Source: Octopus sinensis
Lineage: Eukaryota
Length of the DNA stretch: 64,000 nucleotides
Direction of reading: 5' to 3'
Assembly (NCBI RefSeq): GCF_006345805.1
Contig: NC_042997.1
Span: 178,188,001-178,252,000, forward strand
Shown: positions 50,169-64,000 of the stretch, piece by piece
How positions within the stretch are numbered: the stretch's first letter is position 1
How the letters are laid out: every line of letters begins with the position of its first letter
Notes under the pieces: generated by a model
What the model saw: only the letters and a program-made list of their open reading frames with translations
What the model was told of the DNA's origin: nothing
Databases searched by the model: none
Made by a program: the position numbers and the translations under genes

Positions 50169-50959
50169 TACATGTGACAAAATGAAGACTCATACTATAA
50201 GACTCTGCTGCAACATTACAAAGAATGGTTAATTTGGTAGTGGAGATTTCATTTAGCAGTGCTAATTTGGCAATCAAGCTAAACAATTTCCCTTTCTCTC
50301 ATGGGAAGATTTTTGTAAAGAAGGTGCTTCAGACAAATAATGGAAATAAAATGCTTCCAATCAGCTTATACAAAAGATTTCCTAATTTACTGAGAAGATA
50401 ATGTATACATTAACTGACACATTAATAATGATCAATGTGACCACATTACTTCAAGTAGAGACCGTTTTGCGCAGTTCACACTTAATTCTGTCTACACAAC
50501 ATCATTAATGAAAAAATATTTAACTTCAGTTACACACCATAATTGAGATTGATTCCTCTAATATGAAATTTAATGACATTCAGTAGGAGGGAGAGAGACA
50601 GAAAGACAGACAGTGTGTGTGTGTGTGTGTATGTTTGTGTAGAAAGTATAAACAAAAGGAAAGAAAAAGCACTCAATACATGTATAGCTTATTCACAGCA
50701 GAGGCTTCACTGCATTATTACTCCGAGTTTTCCATTTTGTTTCTTTATGAGACAAGAAAAACAGAAACAAGTTAACCTGGAGTATCACTATAGAATAATG
50801 CTTCAGCTTCAAATAATTGTGACTATGGTTTTAGGTTCAGTCCTAAAGTGTGGCACTGTGGACAAGTTGTCCACTAATGTAGCTCAGGGTTACTCAAAGC
50901 CTTTTGTGTAGATTTGGTAGACAGAAACAGAAAGAAATCCATCATATATAGGCTCTCCT

Positions 50960-51235
50960 GTACTTCTCAGTGTATTCGGCAGCAAGCTTCTTCCACTGGG
51001 TTTGGTTGGTTGCTACTCTTGCATGTCCATTTCATGTAATGTTGATTGTCTTCAGGTCATCTTCAAATGTCTGCTGTCAAGTGATCTTTAGCTTGCCCTC
51101 TTTTACACTTACCAACAGGAGGTACTCATGTCATGGCTGTTGGTCAGCTAGACAGAAAATGTGGCCAATCAGGTGGAATTTATATTCTGCTATAATCTCT
51201 TGCAGGGCTCTTTGATTTACTCTTCTCAGAAGCTC
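50960..51235 (-). mobile_element. Decayed RTE-like LINE 3' end
   Basis: Remnant ...PPVGKCKRG..KITWQQTFEDDLK (frameshifted). Confidence 0.55.
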
Positions 51236-52404
51236 TTTTGTGACAGGGTCTCACTACTTAACCTTTCCTGTGACATGATCTCACTACTTGACCCTTCTTG
51301 TAACCAACCCACACTTGTTTCTCATCATCATCGTTTAACGTCCGTCTTCCGTGCTAGCACAGGTTGGATGGTTCGATCAGGATCGGGGAAACCAGGAGGC
51401 TGCCCCAGGCTCCAGTCTGATCTGGCAGTGTTTCTACAGCTGGATGCCCTTCCTAACGCCAACCACTCTGTGAGTGTAATGGGTGCTTTTTACGTGCCAC
51501 CGGCAAAGGTGCCAGGGGAGGCTGGCAACGGCCACAATCGATTGGTGCTTTTTACGTTCCACCGGCACAGAAGCCAGTCAAGGTGGCGCTGGCATCGGCC
51601 ATGTTTGGATGGTGCTTTTTACGTGCCACCGGCACATGAATTAATATTCCCTTATGAAAAGGACATGTTTTCTCAGAAGACTGGAAACGTAAGACATTAT
51701 TTGCATGGCAGTGACATTTGTTTACAACCATTGCATAAAGTCAAGACAAGGAAACAACAACACAAACACCTATGTGTATGTATGCATGTATATACATGAA
51801 GAGCTTACTTGCAAAACCAGATATATGCATCAGAATGACTTTTAAGTAGTTGCTTAAAACAACCATCTGAATATATCTGGTTTTGATTGGAAGACTAAGA
51901 TTCACCTACTGTCTATATGGCATCTATCCCAGTTTGACTGAAAAAAATTTCACGTGTGTGAAGCCAGTAGTTTGCAGATTGTGTTTTAATGGTTATCATG
52001 AAATCGACCAAATATGCACTTACACTGGTTTTGAAAGTAAGCTCCTCATTAGATGTGGAGGTGTACGGTTCAGTAGTTAGAGTGTTGGGCTTACTATCAT
52101 AAGGTTGTGAGTTTAACTCCTGGCCCATGCTGAGTGTTGTGTTCTTGAGTGCAAAATTTATTTTGCATTGTTTCAGTTCATTCAGCTGTAGAAATGAGTT
52201 GTGACATCACTGATCTCAAACTGTATAGCCCTTTGCCTTTGGTAGCATGGAGAAGGGAGATTGGTATGCATGGGTGACCGCTGGTTCTCTACAAACAACC
52301 TTGCTTTGGCTTGTGCCTCAGAGGGAAACTTTACAGGTGCAATCCTATGGTCATTTGTTACTAAAGGAGGATTTTACACACACACACATCTATATGTATA
52401 TATA

Positions 52405-53710
52405 TCATCATCATTTAATGTCTGCCTTTCATGCTAGCATGGTTGGGATGGTTTCACAAGAGCCAGCTAGGCCGAAGCCTGCACCAGACTTCTGTGACTG
52501 TTTCGGCAGGATTTTTACAGCTGGATGCCCTTCCTAACACCAACCACTCAGCAGAGTGAACTTAGCGCTTTTTTTGTGGCACAAGCACAGATGAGGTGAG
52601 TAGTGCTTTTTACGTGGCACAAATACAGGCAAGGTCAGTTTTGGCAAGGTTTTTACAGCTGGATGCCCTTCTGAATACCAACCCCTTTACAGTGTGGACT
52701 GGGTGCTTTTAAGTGGCACCTGCACGGTCACCAAGTACTTGCAAGATAAAAACTTTCAAGAGAGGAAGAGACATTGGAGGAGGTGATCTTGTGTTAGACG
52801 ATGAAAAGGTTATAGTGGGACAGATACAAGTGTCTTGCTGTAGAAGTACAAGGTTACCCAGCCGGAGAGAGAAAGATCAAGAATGAAGACAAAGAGGTGT
52901 GCTACTGCAAAGGAAATACACAGTTAGCCAACCTGAAGGAAGTGCAGGAGAAGGAGAGAGAGTGGGAGACAGCAGGATAGAGATGGTGGAAAAATACTGG
53001 GCATACTCACAAGAAACAGGGATCAGAATATAAATAGGATGGTTGAGTAAGGGAAGAGAGAGATACAGATAGTGGCAAGTGCCAGGGCATACATACCCTT
53101 GAGGTGCAAATGCCATAATGTAAGTGACAGGAAATTGCAAAGGCAATGTGAATAAAGTGTGCAAATAAGTGATGAATGATCTGGGTATGTCTGGAGTTGG
53201 GAGGGGCTACTGGATAGCAATGATACAGAGGGACAGGGGTGTCAGGACAGGATTGGGGTGAGAGAGCTAGGCATAGTGCATGAAGGACTTATGTGTGAGT
53301 GGAACATACAGATTGGGGGCGAGCAGATAGATACTAGAGTGAGACAGGACATGTGGGTAGAACACACAGGTCAGGGGCAAGCAGAGAGCAATGATACAGT
53401 GGCACAGGGCCAAGAGGATAGGATTGGGGAGTGAGAGGTAATTAAAGTACATGAAGCAGTAATGTGAGGAATAGAAGTAGAGATGTAGTTTGGTTTGTTG
53501 TGGTAAAGTGTGTGAGAAGTTTTCTTGTTAAGTGATGGTGGGACACACAGAGCTTCTAGAACTGTTTCTCTGATGTGGGATGGTCTTCTCAAGAACTTCA
53601 TATCGCCAGACATCTCTGTTCACTGTCATTTCCTCCTTGAGGGCCAACTTCCTGAGATTGGTCCTTACCACTTCATCGCACATCTTCCTGGGTCTCCCTC
53701 TTCCATGGGC
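52405..53710 (-). mobile_element. 5'-truncated RTE LINE: ORF C-terminus plus ~1.1-kb pyrimidine-rich 3'UTR ending in a family-C-like tail and (gat)n
   Basis: GRGRPRKMCDEVVRTNL...NRDVWR at 53560-53710. UTR homologues at ~8200-8645(+) and ~15568-16020(-). Confidence 0.7.
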
Positions 53711-54303
53711 ATCACACATACACACACGATAAGCTTCTTTCAGTTTCTCTTTACTAAACAGCTATAAGAAGATGACAAGAATTTAACTAAGGATAAACAA
53801 CTGGGCTTTTTTTCAGCATTATCTGGCATTGAGTCCAGCTAAATTTTTCTTCCACTCTTTTTTGTTTCATATTAAATCCTAGTGTATGATAAACTTTAAT
53901 CTCTTCTTTTATCTTTTGTTTCAATCATTAGACTGTGGCCATGCAGGGGCACCACTTTGAATTTTTAGTTGAATGAATCAATGCCAGTACTTTTTTTATT
54001 TTAAAACCTGATACTTATTTCATTAATCTATTTTGCCAAATCATTAATTTACAGGGATGTGAACACACCAACACCAGTTGTCAAGTGGTGGTGGAGGACA
54101 AAAACAGACACAAAGACACACACACACACACACACATAATGGGCTTCTTTCAGTCTCTGTCTACCAAATCTGCTCCCAATACTTTGGTCAGCCTGAAGCT
54201 ATAATAGAAGACACTTGCCCAAAATGCCATGCAATGGGACCAAACCCAGAACCATATGGTTGGGAAGCAAGCTTTTTACCACACAGCCACACCTGTGCCT
54301 AAT

Positions 54304-54512
54304 CTATTTCTTTACTACCCACAAGGGGCTAAACACAGAGAGGACAAACAAGGACAGACAAACGGATTAAGTCAATTACATCGACCCCAGTGCGTAACTG
54401 GTAGTTAATTTATCGACCCCGAAAGGATGAAAGGCAAAGTCGACCTCAGAACATAACAGCAGACGAAATACAGCTACACATTTCGCCCGGTGTACTAACG
54501 TTTCTGCCAGCT
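54304..54512 (-). mobile_element. Family B SINE
   Basis: Same body as 32516-32749. A further 3' fragment lies at ~60994-61068. Confidence 0.85.
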
Positions 54513-56799
54513 CTTGACATTTTTGTTCATTCTGTTTAATTTTGAAATGCAAAGCAATTTCTGTTGTATATTTTATTTTATGCTTTTAACTATTTACAAT
54601 TATACTCAGTAGTCTATGTTCAGTTATGCCAAAAAAGTGAATGGAAAGATGACATTTGATGCAAGGTGATAATGAAAGAGCACCAACAACTCTACTTTGC
54701 ATGTAATGACTCAGATAAAGTCTTTAATGGGTTAACAAGTTCAGTAGTTAGATGTGGGGAATCAGCAATTAAGTGCAGGTGAATGATCTATGAGAGCTGT
54801 TCAGGTCAAATAAGAGCCGTTTATATATATTCTTTTATTTGTTTTAATTATTTGATTGTGGCTATGCTGGAGCACTGCCTTTAGTCGAACAAACTGCCCC
54901 AGGACTTATTTTTTGCAAGCCTAGTACTTATCCTATTGGTCTCTTTTGCCAAACCACTAAGTTACGGGGATGTAGACAACAACATCGGTTGTCAAGAGAT
55001 GATGGGGGGGGGACAAACACAGACAGACAAACATACACACGGACACATAAAAACGACAAGCTTCTTTCAGTTTCCGTCTACCAAATCCATTCACAAGGCT
55101 TTGGTCGGCCCGAGGCTATAGTAGAAGACACTTGCCCAAGGTTCCATGCAGTGGGACTGAGCCTGGAACCATGTGGGTAGTAGGCAAGCTACTTACCACA
55201 CTGCCACTCCTGTTCCTGGTTAGTATTGAAAGTTAATGTGACTATACAGAGAAGATAAGTACACAGATGTGGAAGAATAATACACATTGAGTCATATCAC
55301 ACCATGATGTGATATTACAAGGCATCCGCAAGAGATACAGACTAAGGAAGAACTAGGAAGAAGCAGACAGATCAAATCTGATAAGATTATAAGGGATTAA
55401 GACACATGGAAGGTTGGTTTATTGCAAATTTGTGACAATCTATGCAGATGGCATCTCTGAGTAATTTCTCTCAGGAGCTAATTATTTTATTTTGTTAAAT
55501 ATGCTAATTTTTCAGTGCTTACTCATCATCATCATCATCATCATCGTCACCACATTGTACATTTATTTAGTAATCTCCTCCCATCACTACTTTAGGAAGA
55601 ATGGCATAGCGTTTGTTTTGCCAAATAAAACTGAAACATGTCTGGAGCTGTCTCGCATATTTGCCAAAATGATTAAAATAATACTGGTCACCGTGCTAAT
55701 GTTGTTGTTTCTCTACTGCATAATTATTTTCAATTGGCGTTTATGCTGCTTACTGCTTTAAATATGTCAACATTGACTTCACAGTTGTTTTGCATGAGGA
55801 TGTCATCTGAGTAATTAACCTCAGTGATATGCTGACAAGTTACCTAATATCACTAACTGGGAGGTGTTTTCTCACCATCACAATCTTTCTCAGACAATCA
55901 TTACGAAAGCTAAAGATGTCTCCAGATATCCTTAAACCAGCAAACTATCTCACTTCCTAAATTGTAGTCGAGCTGTCTGGTCTACTGTCTACATGCTCTC
56001 AAACTTTCTAGGATGCTCCGGCTACTGAAGCCACCAACACATTTGCTGCTAATTTTCCTAACCTACACCCTACAATATTAAAACTCACAACAAGCTCTTT
56101 GTAAAAGTAAAAATTATGCTGAATAAACAGGAATGAATATATGCAAATTTTCTGATGAATATGAAACGTTTCAAATTTGTTTATTGAAAATTAATTGGTC
56201 TAATCTCAGTCATGTGACTGGAAAAATTAAGAGTTTTGTAATTAAAATATAGTGTTTTCTGGTTCAAATATCCCAAATCATCTATGGAAATTTTTTGCTA
56301 CCCGGTTTCATTGACTGTTCAGTTTGTGACATATCATTATCATCAGCATTTAACATCCCCTTCTTCATACTTGCATGGTCAGGTGGATGCCCTTCCTATT
56401 TCCAAAGTAATATTTCCCACAGCAAAACATGAATTTCATGGAAGACTGTAAATGGATATCACTTGTATAGCAGCAATACTTGTTCACAATAACCATCACA
56501 TGATGTCAAATCAAAAGTATACACACACATTATATACATTTATATGACAAGATACTGTCAACCACAAGGTTTTTGGTCAGGCCAGGGTTACAGTAGAAGA
56601 CAATTGCTCAAGGTGCCACACAGTTTAACTGAACCTTAGACCACATGGCTGGGAAGCAAGTTTCTTAACCATACAGCTAAGTATGTACTTATTCGATGGT
56701 AGGTATTAGGAAGGGCATCCAAATGTAGAAACCATGCCAGAACAGACATGGAGCCTGAACAGCTCTCCAACTGGAAAACAACAATCACCCTATGACTTT

Positions 56800-57270
56800 T
56801 AGTAGCATCCTTTACTTGTCTCTATTGTCTATGGACTTATGAAAAAGGTGTGATGGTGTTGGCATTCTAGTTTGCTGAACAACCAGCATGATGAATATTA
56901 TCGTAATGGGCAAGGTTTGTGCTGAGCCAGTCTCACTCTTTCGTCCTTCAAACTTGTATTGGCTTGGCGCAACAAGTACCACAAATCCAGTAGTTATCAG
57001 GATGAAAGATTTATATGAAGTCATTTTCCTTTAGATGAGGAACTAAAGAACTGAAGGGCCTCATGCTCTGGGTCTGTTGGGGGTTTTTGCAAGTGACCTT
57101 CCAGAGGTAATTCCATGGCAAGTTAAGTAACCCATAGCTGGGGCTCTGACTGGTGCTACTATGCTGGGTCAGAAATGACCTGGGAATAAAGGTGGCTAAG
57201 AGGTGGTTCTGCATTCCTCAAAATCCTGAAACTCCTATACCAGAGTCCCACTACCAAATGCAGTTTATAT
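56800..57270 (+). mobile_element. Unexpanded copy of the same dispersed repeat
   Basis: Inverted homology to 5490-6800. Ends ...aaatgcagttta, similar to the tail beyond the minisatellite. Confidence 0.7.
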
Positions 57271-59034
57271 ATAATTTTTAAGTAAGAAATGTAGTGATTA
57301 TTTTGAATAAGAAAACAACTCAAAATTACTCTTTCTCTCCAAATGATGACATTGGAAGTATACATCTTAAATACAGTTGTTTGAGTTGCAAAAAAACAGC
57401 AGCTAAATCTACTTGAAATCACACCCCAATCATCTTTGCTATATAAAAAGCTGGGATGGCCATGGCTGAAATACCTTTGATTATAGGTCTGATTCATTAA
57501 GGCTGACCTGGAGCTGGACATCAGCACCATGTCTAACATCAAAATAAAAAGGAAGCTTCTTATAAACATAGATTATCAACTGGTTATTATTATCAAAATT
57601 AATGGGTTCCACTCGTATTTTCTTACCCAGTTGTTATTAGAAAAAATTTGTCCCAAAATGATCACAATAAGCAACTTCTACTGTATTCAGTATTAATAAT
57701 ATATACTGTCCAAGGATGTCTAAGGTTAAGTTTCATAAGAGTTTTACGCATAATTACACAATAATCTGAACATTCTAATTAGCAGGTTTATAACATTTAA
57801 ATATGGCAGTAAACAGGTGTAACTGGATCTGATTTCTAGAAGGCCTCTTATTAAATTTTGTATTTTGTCATTACTACCATTATAGATAAAGGTGTGTGGC
57901 CTACTAGCTAAGGTATGGGACTCAATTGTAAGGTTGCAGTTTCAATTCTCAAACTGAGCAATATATTGTGTTCTTGAGCAAAACAATTTCTCATTTTTCC
58001 AGTCCACTCAGTTGGAAACATAGTGAAGGCTCATGGCTCAGTGGTTAGAGTGCTGAGCTTACAAATGCGAGGTTGTGAGTTCGAATCCCGAACCAGGCTG
58101 CGTGTTGTGTTCTTGAGCAAGACACTATTTCACGTTGCTCCAATTCAGTCAGCTGTAGAAATGAGTTGCGATGTCACATGTGCCAAACTGTATTGGCCCC
58201 TTTGCCTTTCTCTTGGATAACACTGGTGGCGTGGAGAGGGGAGGCCAGTATGCATGGGCAACTGCTGGTCTTCCATAAACAACCTTGCCCGGACTTGTGC
58301 CTCGGAGGGTAATTTTCTAGGTGCAATCCCATGGTCAGTCATGACTGAAGGGGGTCTCAGTAGCAGTTGAAAACAAGTACCAGTTATATCTAGGGGTTAT
58401 TTCCACAACAGATAAGTGACCTGTTCAATGGGGAATATTGCATGCTTCTTCTGGGTTTCCAAGCGTATCATTTGTTTGTTGCTTGTTGTGTATCATTTGT
58501 TTGTTGAACTCATGTAGCAGAACTACTATCAAAGATATTCCAGCTGTGACCATCTTTATTTCTTTTTCTTTTCATTTTCTTTTTCTTTTCATTTCTCAGG
58601 TCTCTTAGAAATAGTGTATCTAAGATTGCATCATCTAATTTGAAGGAAATCTGGTTGCTATCTCTTGCAGGTTGAGTGACTATGCAGAAGTTACCTGAAT
58701 GGCTTTTGGTATTTTTTCTTTGTCTGGGTTAACTTGGTTTGAATTGGTTTGGTTTATCAGTAAGGCTTACTTAACCTTATGTTTTCAGTTTCCTTTCCAT
58801 TGTCAACATGTTTTCAATAGTTTGTACGTGGGGTAACAGACAAAATGCTTTTCAGTGTTTATCTTTATAATTTACATTCTAAATTTAGCTCCTACCTCGT
58901 CACATACTATAATCAGCTGTAGTGTCGCCCTCCCAAATTTGAGAAGTTAGTTTTGGGACATACTGTAGGATGAAAAACAAGATATCAAAGAATGGATTAA
59001 CTCAAGTGAATCAATGGCAATCCAATCACATTAA

Positions 59035-59072
<38 letters not shown>

Positions 59073-62000
59073 GTTTTGAGGTTTTTTCTTGAGATCTGAG
59101 AAAAGGTTAGCTCTTCACAGACCATCATATTTCTGAGTCAATCAGCCCCTATGAAAGAGATGATAACTCTTTCCATCAAAATCCTGTTCCATGCCTGAAA
59201 TGGTCTGTTGGAAACAACACTGTATGATGCTGGGTATAGATCAGTAAGGTAGGCCAAGCCCAATATTTTCAATTTGAGCTGCGATCACTTTGACATCAGA
59301 TGTGTGGTACACTGAGCACCTGCACAACACAAGCATTTGATCACTATCAACAAAGCAATCATGTAGGCTGCTCAGCAAGCCAGTGGCTCGACATGATATG
59401 TTGATACAATGAGCTACTTTCAGTTTCTGTTTACCAAATCCACTTACAAGAGTTTGGTCAGCCTGGGGTGAGAGCAGAAAACACTTGTCCAAGGTGCCAC
59501 ATGGGACTGAACCCAAGACCATATGGTTGGGAATCAAGCTTCTTAACCACAAAACCATATGTATGCCTACAACTAAGAATGAATTAAATGAGTGTATGCT
59601 GTGTATTTCAGTCTAAACAATAAATAAATTTTATACAAAATGTAATTTAATACATATTAAGTATTGACAAAATAAAGCAAAATAAAAACCAACAGGTGTG
59701 GCTGTTTGGTAAGAAGCTTGCTTCCAAACCAAATGGTTCCAGGTTCAGTCCCACTGTATGGCACCTTGGACAAGTGTCTTCTACTATATCCTTGGGCTGA
59801 CCAAAGACTTGTGAGTGAACTTGGTAGATGGAAAATGAAAGGAGCCCATTGTGTGTGTGTGTATATATAATTTGTGTGTGTGTGTGTGTGTCTGTCCCCC
59901 AAACATTGTCTGATAACCAATGTTGATGTGTTTACATCCCTGTAACTTAATGGTTTGGCAAAAGAGACTGATAGAATAAGTACAAGGCTTACAGAAAATA
60001 AGTCCGAGGGCTGATTTCTATGACTAAAAAGCCCTTTAAGGCAGTGCTCCAGCATAGTTACAGTCAAATGACTGAAACAAGTAAAAGAATAAAAGAATAT
60101 TACAAAAAATTAGACAAAAATTTGGAATTAATGTCCAGAATGCATTCAGAAAAGCTAATTTCACCTCCGTTGAAAATAAATAAATTTAAATAAATAAATA
60201 AAATTGCTGATCTTTGTTATTGAGGAAAATATTCAGCCAAACACCTGTGTCTCTCAGATATAATGATATCTTTTAACATTTAGCTCCACCTTTAAATGGT
60301 GACATTAAGTAGAAGAGAAATGTTAAAACTCAGCTGTTTATTACAACTGAAACAGTTTTGTAAACAAGCCTTGCTCAAGAATGGGTCCTTTGTATTTAGT
60401 TGTGCCAAATTCTATGCAATAACATAACTACTTCCCGTTCGTCATTTCATTGGTGTTAACAGTTACATCTGCTATGGTTAAAAATACATATATCTATAGC
60501 TAGAAGTAATATTATATTAACTAAAAATAACCAGAGGAGCCAATGCAAGAGCTTCTATGTAATCGCTTGATCTACTAGAAATAAGAGCCAAGTCTCATAT
60601 GTGCTACTGCTTTCAGGTAAAAGACACAGACAAAATAATATAGACCTGCATAAAAAAAAGAGAAAAATATTTGGCAGTCCTCTTTGCAGGAGATATTCAG
60701 TTTCACTATCTTAGATTGATTATCCAACCATATGAAAGACCATTATGAGGTTGCTTGATCTGGTAGAAATAGTAGCTAAATATTACTTAAATCATACTCT
60801 ACCATCTTAAATTAATGGTATGCTAGACACTGTAATCCCATCTACATTATGCTGTATATAAAAAAAGATGGGATGGACATGGAGGGAATGTCTGTTGACC
60901 CAGAGTTAAACAACAAATTTAGATTTCCCATCCAGAGTATAAGCAATGGAGTTTGTGAGAAACCTATCTGCAATAATTTAAAATTAGATACCCATTTCTT
61001 TACTACCCACAAGGGGCTAAGTACAGAGAGGACAAACAAGGACAGACAAACGGATTAAGTCGATTATATGTTGTGGAGGACATACAACCATAGAAACCAT
61101 GTCAAAAATAGAACATATGACACTATTCTGAGACCTATCTAAGAGCGTAGTACTTTAAAAAAAAAAGCTTGGACCATGACAAACCATCCAACCTAGGCTA
61201 GTGTGGAAAGTGGATGTAAACTGATGATGATTTCATAAATCAGACAGGGAGTGTTAGTATCCAGGAAGCGTGGTTTTTCTCCATCCAGACTATTGAGACA
61301 GATGCAGTTCCTGTTTAGCTGAACATCTGTGGGCCAATGCTTGCAAAAACAGAAGCATGAGGTGAAAGAATGAGTTGACATATTTAGTGTGCATGTGTGT
61401 GTGTGTGGGGGGGGATGAGATAAGAAGGTAAAAGGAGGAGAAGGATGAGAGACAAGTGAGTTGAGCCTGGGTGAAGATGGCACGTGGCTAACTGGTTCAG
61501 AAAAGCGGGGACTTTCGTAAGAGAGGGGAAAAGTGAATAAAACTGCATATCAAGTGTCAAGTTCAGATCAATCAAGAAAGAGCTGAGCAACTGTTTCCTT
61601 TTAAGATGGTTTATAAAAGCTTGAGAGATATCTGACAAAATCAATGAATCAAGCTAAATGTTGGCATCTCACAGTTACTAAGTTAAGTTGATTTCCTTCT
61701 TTTCCTTTTTTCTTCTTCTTTGTTGTGGGCCACAAGCTTAGAAGAATCAATAGAAGTCAGCAACAGGTGATACCTTGCATAAATTATTTCGATAGTTTAG
61801 AAATATGGGACAGTCAGAAAACCTAGCCTACTTTCTATTCACATTGAAAGATGGTATTACATCTGCACATGTAACAATGGCAATATGAATGACATCATTT
61901 TCATAACTTTTCTTTCACATCACTGCTCTTCAAAGGAAAGAAGCATGCAGTTTTTCTTTTAGCATGTTTACCATTATCATTATTGTTTTTGATATTAATC

Positions 62001-62558
62001 AATTAAATTTCAACGAATTTCGCTTCATTTATACATGGTATCAGTAGCACACAGACCAGCCAGTATCTAACAAACCAACATAGCTAATTTAGGTCATTAC
62101 TTTAATGGCCCAACTAGGAGTTTTAAATTTTAATTCAACTGCAATTTGAGTATCCATTTAGTACACTAGTGTGTATAGAAAGGATGTTTAAGCAATAGAT
62201 TACAAAGGCTTTTTGTAATTATGAAATAAATTATGTCAGGAATAAACATTCTTATTTAAAACAAAGTACTGAAAGAGCATGTGTGCGAGTGTAAAATATG
62301 AGAATAAGTTTACAGGAATAGATTTGATAAACAAAACATACATTCAACTTTGCTGTTTAAATAAATGTTATCATTTAACCATAGGGAACAAACTCAAGAA
62401 CAGCTCGACTAGTTTGAACAAATTATTGCTCCCTTATCAGAAGTATTGATTCATGTTCATCCTACAGAGAGGAAGCAGATTAGAGCTGCATACAAGTTAT
62501 TCACAACTTATCCATATACACAATGTCTCGGAACCTTAGTTATTTTATACAAACTCAC

Positions 62559-62833
62559 CAGCAAAAGTACTGATATGGAAAGGAGTAAAATTAGTAAAAT
62601 TAGCACTTGTTGCTCATAGGTTGTTTTATAAGCAGCTCAAAGATGCTTGCTCTCTTTGTGGGACTAACATCAGTTGGCACTTGTGATAAGGTAGCAGTAA
62701 CCAGATAGAACTAAATGAGATGTATTTTCAATTCATTCTGCAGAGAGGGTCTTGTGGTTTAGCCAGAGATTGTATGTACAGCAGGGGTGAATGTATGCTT
62801 TGTTTATCAAAGCATAAACATGTGAATTTCTTC
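62559..62833 (-). other. Candidate non-coding (5'UTR) exon, 275 bp
   Basis: Long polypyrimidine tract plus cattag| acceptor and ctg|gtgagt donor. Stops in all three frames. Looks like unique, non-repeat sequence. Linkage to the gene is inferred. Confidence 0.4.
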
Positions 62834-64000
62834 CTAATGACAGCATAAAAAAAAAAAGAAAAAAAGATAAAAATCCTATCATAAATCATAGCAAAACCTA
62901 AACATACCAGAAACAAGAAACTATATTATGTTTATATAGTATTCAGGTTCTCTCTTTTCGTACACTAAAGTAAAGGGACACACTATAAAGAGTATTAGGA
63001 GCGACCTAATTTTGTCTTTTCTATTGCTGATATGAATCTACCTAACATCGTTACAATAAATATTGCACAGGACGGAAGTCAAAATGTGTTCCAGTGTGAA
63101 CATCCGTTTATGGAATGGAGAGGTGCTCAATATTAAAACTAGCTCTATTAGCAATATGAAGTGAACCATAAATATGTAGAAGACAGAGGATGTAGATTGA
63201 GAATCAAATACAGTAAACACACACACACATATTTATATATTAGGCGGAGACATAGTTGTGAAGTTGATGGAATCTCTTTCATATTCAAATGGCTTCAGGC
63301 TCCATCCCATTGTGTAGATCTTGGACAAGTGTCTTTTACTATAGCCTTAGATTGATTTACCAATTACCCTGTGAGGGTAATTGGTAGATGGAAACTATAC
63401 AGAAGCTTATTTTGCAACCATATGGTTTCAGGTTTAGTCTTACTGAACAGCACATAGGGCAATTGTCTTCTACTATAGCCCAAGGTCGACCAATACTTTG
63501 TAAGTCAATTAGGTAGATGGAAATGGTGTTAAATCCCATCACATGTGTGTGTGTGTGTGTAGGTGTCCACTTCCATCACTTGACAACCAATGTTGGTTTG
63601 TTTACATTCCTGTAAGTTAGTGATTTGGTAAAAGACTGATAGAATAAGTACCTCACTTAGAAAAAAAAAGTACTGGGATTGATTTATTTAACTGTAAACC
63701 CTTCAAGATGGTACCCTAGCATGGCTGCAGTCCAATCATTGAAATGTGTGTGTGCATGTGAGTGCGTGTATATATATATATATATCATCATCCTTTAACA
63801 TCCGCTTTCCATGCTAGCATGGGTTGGACGGTTCAACTGGGGTCTGGGAAGCCAGGAGGCTGCACCAGGCCCAGTCTGATCTGGCAGCATTTCTACAGCT
63901 TGATGCCCTTCCTAATGCCAACCACTCTGAGTGTAGTGGGTGCTTTTTATGTGCCACCGGCACAGGTGCCAGACGAGGCTGGCTGCGGCCACAATTGGTT

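Noticed and set aside
51161-51799. 212-aa ORF
   Set aside because: Chance read-through across a LINE remnant and a family C element. The same peptide recurs at other repeat copies.
58024-58100. tRNA-like sequences (also 11408, 26034, 35940-35995)
   Set aside because: A/B boxes run on into SINE bodies. No complete cloverleaf or terminator.
63070-63090. ETS-like cggaagt as the gene's promoter
   Set aside because: A single short motif with no CpG island or other support.
63358-63386. 13-bp inverted repeat taccaattaccct/agggtaattggta
   Set aside because: Short, inside a decayed SINE, probably a local template-switch mutation.

Overview
AT-rich, repeat-dense eukaryotic DNA. The SINE, MITE and LINE families look like those of a coleoid cephalopod, probably an octopus (inference from repeat content). 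One protein-coding gene lies on the minus strand. I reconstruct five phase-compatible coding exons (21551-18472, 11181-11019, 3215-3075, 1064-953, 218-87), about 1,209 aa, and the gene continues off the left edge. The protein has a ~1,090-aa low-complexity/disordered N-terminus, mostly from one 3.1-kb exon, followed by a compact domain with a 'SACGPIAVLNML' motif suggesting a papain-like (C39/BIVM-type) fold. The region 21.6-64 kb is probably 5' intron(s), with a candidate non-coding exon at 62.6-62.8 kb. The rest is transposon-derived: at least five SINE-like families (several with TSDs), decayed LINEs (RTE, R4/Dong-like, R2/Hero-like, CR1/L2-like), a dead mariner, mariner/pogo/piggyBac/Merlin-type MITEs, non-autonomous Helitrons, Penelope-like fragments with hammerhead-like cores, several long fold-back hairpins, and a 24-bp minisatellite that expanded inside a dispersed repeat. 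There are no prokaryotic features, no CRISPR array and no genuine rRNA or tRNA genes. All coordinates were counted by eye, so repeat boundaries are approximate.
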